Source of the DNA: Paramecium tetraurelia
Taxonomy: Eukaryota
DNA length: 64,000 nucleotides
Direction: 5' to 3'
Assembly (NCBI GenBank): GCA_000165425.1
Contig: CT868005.1
Location: 62,001 to 126,000, forward strand
Shown here: one piece after another, positions 55,445 to 64,000 of the stretch
Layout: every line of letters starts with the position of its first letter
How positions within the stretch are numbered: the stretch's first letter is position 1
Notes under the pieces: model-generated
What the model saw: only the letters and a program-made list of their open reading frames with translations
Databases searched by the model: none
What the model was told of the DNA's origin: nothing
Made by a program: the position numbers and the translations under genes

Positions 55445-55675
55445 ATGGGAAGTTGTGTTGGATAAAACAATATTTAAAGGCAATAATCTAATTAAGTAAA
55501 TCAGTAGATTCCTGAGAATATTCTGTCTTCAGAAAAGCATGAGAGAATCGTACAAATAGTAAATACTCATCGATAGTGCAAAGTTCAAAGGAAACTAATA
55601 AAATTAAACAGAGAGGTAGAAAATGGATTTGAATAATAATTTATACCAAAAAAAATAAATAAAAAATAATAATGA
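55445..55675 (+). CDS. Small 76-aa protein with an MGSC acylation-type N-terminus; stop overlaps the otubain start (ATGA)
   Basis: Uninterrupted code-6 ORF MGSCVGQNNIQRQQSNQVNQQIPENILSSEKHERIVQIV...KKINKKQQ*. Confidence 0.55.
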
Positions 55676-56542
55676 GTTAATAATCTTCTAATCAATATGC
55701 ATACGATCAAGAATTATATGAGTAACATATAAAGTAATTGGATAAAATTAAAAATGAAATAGAAGCTTAAGATCCATTCATTATTACCTAACCAATAGAA
55801 TTGCAAATATTAGAATCAGAATATTTAGAAAATTAAGGATTTCATCAAAAAATTTAAGTAAGTGATTATGATGAATTTCTAGAAAATCCGTGAATCCTAT
55901 CCATTTTTCAGGAGAGTGAGAAGAGATGGTAGCTGCTTCTATAGAGCAGTTCTGTTTAGAATATTCGAATAAATAATCTAATCCAAAGATCAGCAACTAT
56001 TAAATAAGTTTAGCACCACGATTGCTAATTCAAAGACAGACTTAACAGCTGTTGGATATGAATAAATTGTTATTGATGACTTTTATGATGTAAGTCTGCT
56101 ATATTATGTAGGAAATTATGAAATAAATAAAATTATGTCCAAACAACATTACTGTTTAGGGGATTGTAGATGCATTCTGCAATAAAGTCACATCTGATTA
56201 TCTTATTATGTACATGAGAATGCTGACATCTGGATATATCAAAGCGAATTCATTTTTGTTCGAAGGATACATAGAAACTGGAACAGTTGAATTGTTTTGT
56301 TAATAAGAAGTTGATCCAATTGATCGAGAGGCAGATTAAGTAATAAAACATATTTAATTAAGATGCAAATCATAGCATTGCAAAACTACTTGCAAATTCC
56401 TATCAGGATTTTCTATCTGGATGGCAATGTTGCCACAGTTGATGCTACTATATTCTAAATTCCAGAAGATGCTAATCCAAATTCTATATTTATCAATTTA
56501 TTATACAGACCTGGACATTATGATATCCTATATCCCAAATGA
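55672..56542 (+). CDS. OTUB1: Otubain (OTU deubiquitinase, peptidase C65)
   Basis: AYDQELYEQHIKQLDKIKNEIEAQDPFI; RRVRRDGSCFYRAVLF (catalytic D and C); EVDPIDREADQ; INLLYRPGHYDILY (catalytic H). Confidence 0.93.
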
Positions 56543-57050
56543 GATATTGATAAACCACATATTATCATGTTTAAAATTCATTTCAATATAATCATTATTT
56601 ATAAATAAAATAATAAAATTACACACTCAAGTTTTTACTTTGATTTTTATTAAAGTTTAATGATTTGATTTTTAGATTACATTTAGAAATTTATATTGTA
56701 ACATTGTAGAAGATTTTATCAAAAGATTGTAATATGATCGTTTTATGCTATTTTATTAAGGTTCTACAAATAATGTGGTTGAAAATCTTTGTAAATTTCA
56801 AATTTTTAGATTTTTAATAAATATTTGCCTGATATTTGATAGTTTATAAGAATTTATTATGAATTAAAAAAGAAATTAAAGATTTTTATCGCTATCTAAG
56901 ACACAAATTCATTTTTCTTTATAAAATATAATCGATTAAAAAGTCTATTACGCATCCTTTTAATGATATTTGATTGTTAAATATAAATTGGGGGAATATC
57001 TTTTAATCTACTTTAATTAATTAATTCTTATATTCAGTATTTCTTGTAAT

Positions 57051-57595
57051 ATGAACATTCTAACTAATCTCACCCAAAATGATTCAAGAATTAGAAGAAA
57101 TATACAGAAAAAAATTCAGAACTAGACATACTTCATAAATAATTTCCATACTGCAACGCCTGATCTTTAATTTCACTTTTGGAGAACTTAGAACAGCACA
57201 AGATGTATTTAAACCTCAAGATTTTTAAGATTGATGGACATTTTTAATGAAAAGAACTAAATCACATTTTCAAATAATATATAGCCTTAAAAATGTGCCT
57301 TTAAAGATAGCCACAATCCTATAACTTTAGGCTGCAATTAATTATAAATCTCTATTTTATAAATGCCTCATATTTTATTACCAAAAGATAAGGTTTTTAG
57401 TTTCTTAATTAGTCAATCTCGTTCTCAATGAAGTTAATACAAAATCAATCTTCAATTGTGACTAAAATGAAACAATTTTAAATAGAATAAGGTTAATTGC
57501 AGGTAGATGATGATTAGAAATTGAATAATTAAAAGAGTTATAATCTGATAAATAGATAGACATTGAGAATTAATAATAGGGCAACATAATTTTGA
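57051..57595 (+). CDS. Hypothetical protein
   Basis: MNILTNLTQNDSRIRRNIQKK...; a 20-nt intron extends the frame to the TGA ending at 57595, otherwise it stops near 57432. Confidence 0.5.
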
Positions 57596-57633
57596 TTTGA
57601 TTAAATAATATAATATTACAAATAATTCCTATA

Positions 57634-58442
57634 ATGTCTAATTAGATAAAAGCATATAAAGCATGTTGGAAGCAAGCAGTTGATGCTGCAGAAAAAGAAT
57701 TAGAGGAAATTTACAACTAATTTGTTTCGAATGATGGTGAATTACTGAAAGAGAATTCTCATAATTTAAATGATGAGGAGTACTAAATATCAATTAAATT
57801 AGGATAAAGTCCTAACTGAATTAGACAGAAAATGATCATTATTTTCAGGATAATAGCGATGATTAAGAAGATCAGCAAGATTAAAATGATCATTAAATAA
57901 ACATACTAACATAAAAGACAAAAGAAGACTTTATAGTGAATTAAGAAATTAAAAGAGAACTACTTAGGGAAGTGCCTTATAAGGAAGAAAAATTATAAAT
58001 TTACAAGATTATTTATTCGAATGGAGATGTTTATGAAGGAGAGTTATCTAAAGATTTAAAGGATGGGTCTGGTACTTACTACTATGCAAATGGGGAAAAA
58101 TATGATGGGTTGTTTTCGGAAGATGTTATTCATGGATATGGAAAATATTTTTTTATGGGGGGTCATAAATATGAGGGAGATTGGTATTAAGGAGAGAAAT
58201 CTGGAATGGGCATTTTAGATTTTAAAACAGGAGACAGATACATAGGTGGTTTTTATAAAGATGTATTTGATGGTGATGGTATTTACTTATAAAAATTGAT
58301 AGGAACATTTTAATACAGGAATGGAGATGTTTTTAAAGGAAAATGGAAGAAAGGTAAAAAGAATGGGCATGGGGAGATGAGATACAAAGATAAAAGGATT
58401 GTTGTAGGAGAATGGATTGATGATAAATTATAGCCCTTTTGA
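57634..58442 (+). CDS. MORN-repeat protein
   Basis: YSNGDVYEGE...DGSGTYYYANGEKYDG...HGYGKYFFMGGHKYEGDW...NGDVFKGKWKKGKKNGHGEMRY. Confidence 0.92.
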
Positions 58443-58491
58443 TATCATTATACTATCAAATTAGTCTTTTACAATGAATATTGACATTGCG

Positions 58492-61292
58492 TCATCCTCT
58501 CTTTTTTATTTCCACTACTAATTCATCGTTAAGTTCGTAGGTTTCAGACTTTATCTTTCTATGGATCAAGTGCTGATTATCAATTCTTTTAGTGTTATCT
58601 TATTTAACCTAATTATTATAGTGTTATACTGTGGCAACGCAATGAATCAAATTTAGAGATTGAAGTAATTCCTGAGTTCCAAAGGCTAGAGGAGTATAAT
58701 TGTCATTGTTTAGTATATTAAGATTACCATTTCTATTAATGAATTCAATTATTATTTATGAATTCCCAGATAGGAAAGCCATGTGAAGAGGAGTATTTCC
58801 ATTAGAACATATTTAATTGACATCAGCTCCTATTTTCAATAGGAATTTTGTCATTGATTCATCTCCATATTTGGCACTATAATATAAAGGAGTGTTTCCA
58901 TTTTGATCATAAAGTTCTGTATCAGCTTTACTATAATGGAACCCAGCTGCTTCTGCAATAGCACTATTCTTCATTTTTGCAGCTTAAATCAACTTTCTAT
59001 TTTTTATTTTGGCTTCACCATCCAGTCTGGTTCTAACAAATTTATTGAGTAATTTTTATCTTTATTTTTCATTTGTTTCTCTTTTTTACATATCACACTA
59101 GAATAATAGAACAAATTACCTATTTAATGATACGACTACTAACTAATGAGATCTCAGTAGTTTTATGTTTGCTTAATCGATTTATTTATGGAGATGTGGG
59201 TGCAGACCCAGGAATAAATACAACTTTATCCATAGGTAATTTAGGAGGAGAATGTTAGGTGATATCCTTTAATCTTTCATTTTATTGATTGTTCAATTCT
59301 TTATGCAATTCTTCAAAAAATCTTTTTGCTTTCATACACTTTTATATTCTTTATTCTATGTCTATGCTTTTTAATTGTTCTTTCTTTTCTAATACTTTGA
59401 AGAACTTCTTTTTATACAAATATCGCTTGATTGCCATCTTTATTTTATTAGCTGCTTGCACTTCAATATCATCTGTAATCCATTGTTATTAACTAGGGAA
59501 TTCAGGCTCTTAATGATCATTTAATCCTTTCAATTTTTAACTCTAAAACTATCTGCAAGTTTATGGTCCTCCACTATAAAACTTCATAAATTCGTTCTAA
59601 CTAATATTATAATTTCTTATTCCTAATCTATAACTTTTGCTCCACTTTATTATCTTCTCTTTTTAATGCTATTAAAACTTTTCCTCTGGGTCCAGTGCAA
59701 GCAATTTTGAGGGTGGATGAAATATATGTTTTACTTACTCTAATTACAATTCATCTTGGCCTTTTATAAATAATGGCTTAAACGTTTATTTTGAAGTATT
59801 TCTTTCTAAAAAGTTTTATTGTTTTATTTTTTCAGTTCCTTTTCTCTTGATTATTGATTATATATACTTCTCTATATTTTCTGACAATTCCCAGCATAAT
59901 CTCCTTGAATTTCTAAACATATATATTGGCTAACGGATTTCCTGAATTCTTCAGCCTTCTCAAAGCACTCTACTTTTTATGGTCAAATGCCTCCTTTAGA
60001 AACTTCTTTTTCTGAGCCTCTTTCAAATATTGGACAAATTTTCCTTTTATCACTCTAATTTAAAGAGAATCTTTTGAGAAGTGTTATTATCTCTAGTAAT
60101 TTTTAGTGTTCTCAGCTACAATAATAGATACGAATTTACTTATTTGTTGTCTTTTTTTCTTATTTAATTCTTCAAAATATTTGTTTCTAATTTTGACTTG
60201 ATTTTCTTTGATGAAGTAAAAGTTTTAGAGTATTTATTCAGAGATATTCAATTCAATTTGATTTTTGACCTAATTAAAATTAATTATACATTATCTTCTA
60301 AGCAATTGATGGCTCTTTAAATGAATTCTCTATCTATACATTTATTAATCAAAAAACTAGTTGAAGCAATATATTAAAGCTCTTGTTCTGTGATGTAATT
60401 ACCAGTTTATTCGCATTTATTTAATATTTTGTCTCGTTTCTTGGAATGAATTCCATTTGCTAATTATTTCTTAATGGTTTCATAACCCATTAAATGCATA
60501 CTTTTACCTGTGCTTATGTAGCCATCCTCTATGGCTTTATTCCATTCAAAAAACAATTCGGGAGGAGAGTATTAAAGCTCAGGAACATTTAGAATGAGTT
60601 TTTTATCAGCATTTACTTAGATTCTTGAGGTGTATTGAGTGGATTGTTCTTTGGTGTCCATATTATTAGTAGTATGGATGAAACTTACCTATTAGGAAGT
60701 TACTTTAGATTTCGATGATAGAAAATTATTAACTTTTTTGAAATTGTTTGATGTTTAAATCATATCCACTAATGCAAATTTCAATCTTTTCAAAATGGAT
60801 TTATATTGAGATTTAACTTGTAACCAGCCATACAAATCTAATTGATCATCATTTTTCTTTGGATGTCTTTCAGTATGTGAATTTATGTTATATTTGGAGA
60901 GAATGTCTATTTAAAAATCAAGAAATACTGTCAAATTATGAAGAAATCTAATTTACACAACACTTGATTATATAATCTTATTTATCATCCATTCTAGTCA
61001 TATTTCTTAGCTCATTAAAATCAATTCCTGACTCCTAACAGATAGCCTGATATTTCTATTTTAAAGGTTTCTGCTTTGTTGATTTTTTTATTAGTTTCTC
61101 AAATAAAATGCACAAATCCTCAATTTTGTTTTACCTGGCAGTGGCTGTGTTTCTTCTCCTTATTTATCGAAAGGAGTTTTATTTTTAGATAATTGCAAAG
61201 CGTTCATCAATTTATTGCTCTGACATGAGGTTACAAAATTCCTTGTTGTCGTTGTCAGTGTAATGTCTTGCAGAGGAACATTTAGTTTTCAT
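58492..61292 (-). CDS. Large protein with C-terminal ankyrin repeats
   Basis: YDQNGNTPLYYSAKYGDESMTKFLLKIGADVNQICSNGNTPLHMAFLSGNSQII...NNDNYTPL. Confidence 0.85.
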
Positions 61293-61415
61293 GTTGATAA
61301 TATAAATTATATAATAGTAATAACTGATATAATTGGGTTGGAAATCATATTAAATAAATTAATGTTTAATAATATATTACCAAAACACAAATAAAGCAAG
61401 GAATCAGAATCTAAT

Positions 61416-62970
61416 ATGGGTTTCTTCGGATTAGATTGCAAGATTTAATAAAGTAAGCAAATAAAAAAATTAAAAATTGATGTAAAGTGCATGTTAAATT
61501 AAGAATTATTAGTTATGAAACCCAATAAACTAGGTAATTATGAAAATTTATAATAGACTAGCAAATTCCAGATGTAAAAGTTGAATATTGTTTCTATGTT
61601 GATCAAAAGTAAAATATTGATAATACGAAAGATATTTGAATGAGATACCAGCATTGTAAGAGAATTTCAATGCTTAAGAAGATGTTGTATAAATCATAGC
61701 GGTTTGTTCCCTTGGGATTAAAATACCAAATGATTAAGACTTTCATTTCTTTTTCGAATGCTTTGATTTGCTTAATTAGAATTAAACAAAGTTTCGATAG
61801 TCTATAAACAATAAACCACAAAAATAATTGCATAGATTGTTGATTTGTTCTATTATTATGAAGGTATAAAAGATGACTGATGTAATCATTGGATTGTATG
61901 TGGATTTGAATCTCTATGTCCTGATGCAATTGACTTTAATTACCATTCAATACGAATGCATGGAATATTCATAATACTTTTATTCGTATATATCTACTTA
62001 AAACCTAGTTTGCTATTATAGTATTTTCAATTCTAGGCTGGAATCTATCAAAAACAGATTACCGACCCCTATTTATAGAAATTAATCATGAATGTTGCTT
62101 AGGTGCAAATTTAGCAGATCAAAGAGGATATACTCTTACTCACTTGGGGCTAGAAACAACTATAGATAGGAACATTGTTCTTCAAGAGTATGTACAAGAA
62201 GATCGAGAATCGCAAAAAACCCTTTCTGCAACCCTTATAAAAATATCAATTCTATAAGACTTCTAGAAAGAGAACAACAACATCACCAAACACCGATTAT
62301 CCTCATTATTATTAGTTATTAGATGAGGCATAAGGGAAATAGTTTCTAGTGGCTTATCAGGAATCACCTCACAGTGAGATATTGATATTTGAAAAAGATG
62401 TAAAAATTGTAATTATAATATTGCAGTAATTATAATATATCAAATATTCAGAAGAATATGTTGGAGTCATAGAAAGAAATTTCTGGGGAACTGTGTTTCA
62501 CATTTATGATTATGGTTACCCAAAGGAAGCAGCTGGAAGGATCCCTAAGTATTTTGGATAAGAGAGAAGAGAATTGGTTGTCATCCAATATCAAACTAAT
62601 ATCATGGCAACATAGCCAAGGTAATTGTAAGATTTTAATTAGAAAATTCACGGCAAGTATGTTGAATCTAATTGAAAATTAAATTGTATAATTAGCTTAG
62701 ATGGACCCTGTGTATAATGAGGAAAAGGAGTGTTATTAATTGAATTTCTTTGGAAGAGCAAAACGAGCTTCAGCCAGAAACTTTGAGATTATTGATCCCC
62801 AAGATTAGAATATTATTTATTTGTTGCATGGGAAGGTAAAATGTGATCATTATAAAAATATAAAGTGGGAGAAGAACCTTTTTAATGTAGATTACAGATT
62901 TCCAATGAGTATGCTCTAAGCCTTTTGCTTTTCTTTGAGCTCTATCAGTAAGAAATTCTTGGTTTAATGA
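61416..62970 (+). CDS. Tubby-domain protein with a long N-terminal extension
   Basis: YVGVIERNFWGTVFHIYDYG; ELVVIQYQTNIMATQPRK; PVYNEEKECYQLNFFGRAKRASARNFEII; FNVDYRFPMSMLQAFCFSLSS. Confidence 0.9.
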
Positions 62971-63051
62971 AATTGTTATGTATATTTCAAATTAGAAAGA
63001 AAGTATTATTATTTAAAGATTATAACGATTGCATTTATTAATTAAATAAGT

Positions 63052-64000
63052 TCAGCTCAAAATTGATGCTTCCTTCACTTCCAACTATTTATTTACATTT
63101 TTTTAAACTTTCAAAATTTGACTTATAGTCTAATTGTTTATTTTAGTAATTTACTTTTCTGCACAAGTAACATTCATTTGATTTTTATATTACATCCTCA
63201 GCACACTGCTAACAGATGCCTCCATGGCGACATGGTACAAAAACGATATTGGGTGTATTTTCATAGCAAACAAGACACTTTTCTTAATTCACACTTGATT
63301 CCCCATCAGATTTAATAGATTTAATAGATCGAACTGGTTCCTCTTCTTATTCCTATTTTGATACAGTAACTGGGGTTTCTTCTCGTTTTACTTTGACTAA
63401 GTTATAATAAGATATTTAATTACCATTATCAGTAATAGCAGGTTTTTATATTTCTAAATCAACGTCATCTTATTTTTTATGTATAATCATAGAATTGCTA
63501 GCAACTGGTTTTTATAGTATTTTCTTCCAGGTTTCCTTCATCGTGGAACCGTGAAGATTGGATCGACCAGATTCTAACTCTGGATGAGACTTTTGTCTTT
63601 TTTTTTTGAATTCAAAAGAAGCTTTGTCAAGAACGGCAAAGTAAGTACAAGATAATTTGATCAAATATAAAGGGATTCCCAATTTAACGAATTCTAATTT
63701 CTTTGGTTAATGTGGGGAATTAAGTTATCTAGAATTCGGAGATTATACTGTTTGTTATTGATCAACATCATTTTAATCTGAGATTCCTTAAACATCTTTT
63801 AAGTAAGCTCTAATCATTAATAACAAAGAACCTTACTTAATTTATTTGTAGAAACAAAGAGTGAAGATGAGAAGAAATAACGAAAACAAAGTGATTACCA
63901 CTATGTATTTAGCAGTTTCAGTAATGGTAATTAATTGATTTTCCTCGTAAAATTCAGCTGTTCTCAAAATGAACAAAAAAGGAAATAAAGTAAATCCTAT
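63052..64000 (-). CDS. Membrane protein with a C-terminal C3HC4-type RING finger (5' end beyond the window)
   Basis: TM-like YIVVITLFSLFLLIFTLCFY; RING CLVCYENTPNIVFVPCRHGGICQQCAEDVIQKSNECYLCRK. Confidence 0.88.

Overview
AT-rich, extremely gene-dense eukaryotic DNA read with the ciliate code (TAA/TAG = Gln, TGA the only stop), with tiny 20-31 nt GT-AG introns. This is typical of a Paramecium macronuclear chromosome; the species cannot be determined. The supplied standard-code ORF track therefore shows only exon fragments or spurious antisense ORFs. Hand translation gives about 33 genes. They include MOK kinase, a CAMK-type kinase, a NEK6/7-like kinase fused to an IFT57-like domain, a BAR/PH-like protein, an EF-hand protein, a TALE homeobox, a small secreted 8-Cys prepropeptide, a DUSP-MYND-USP deubiquitinase, ORC1, a UBL-VWA-E2 fusion and a large type I membrane protein (spanning a 150-N gap). 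Further along are GCSH, an ELYS-like protein, NSUN5, a PX protein, GRASP, Tctex-1, a cNMP-binding protein, a J-protein, a formin, PP2C, a CFAP57-like coiled coil, V-ATPase E, a VWA protein, otubain, MORN, ankyrin, Tubby and a RING protein. No rRNA, tRNA, CRISPR, transposon or telomeric repeat was recognised. The most notable observations are the NEK-IFT57 fusion, the multi-UBL/VWA/E2 fusion, divergent start codons only 9 and 13 nt apart, the secreted Cys-rich peptide, and an ATGA overlap upstream of otubain. All coordinates and splice models are manual and unverified by database search.
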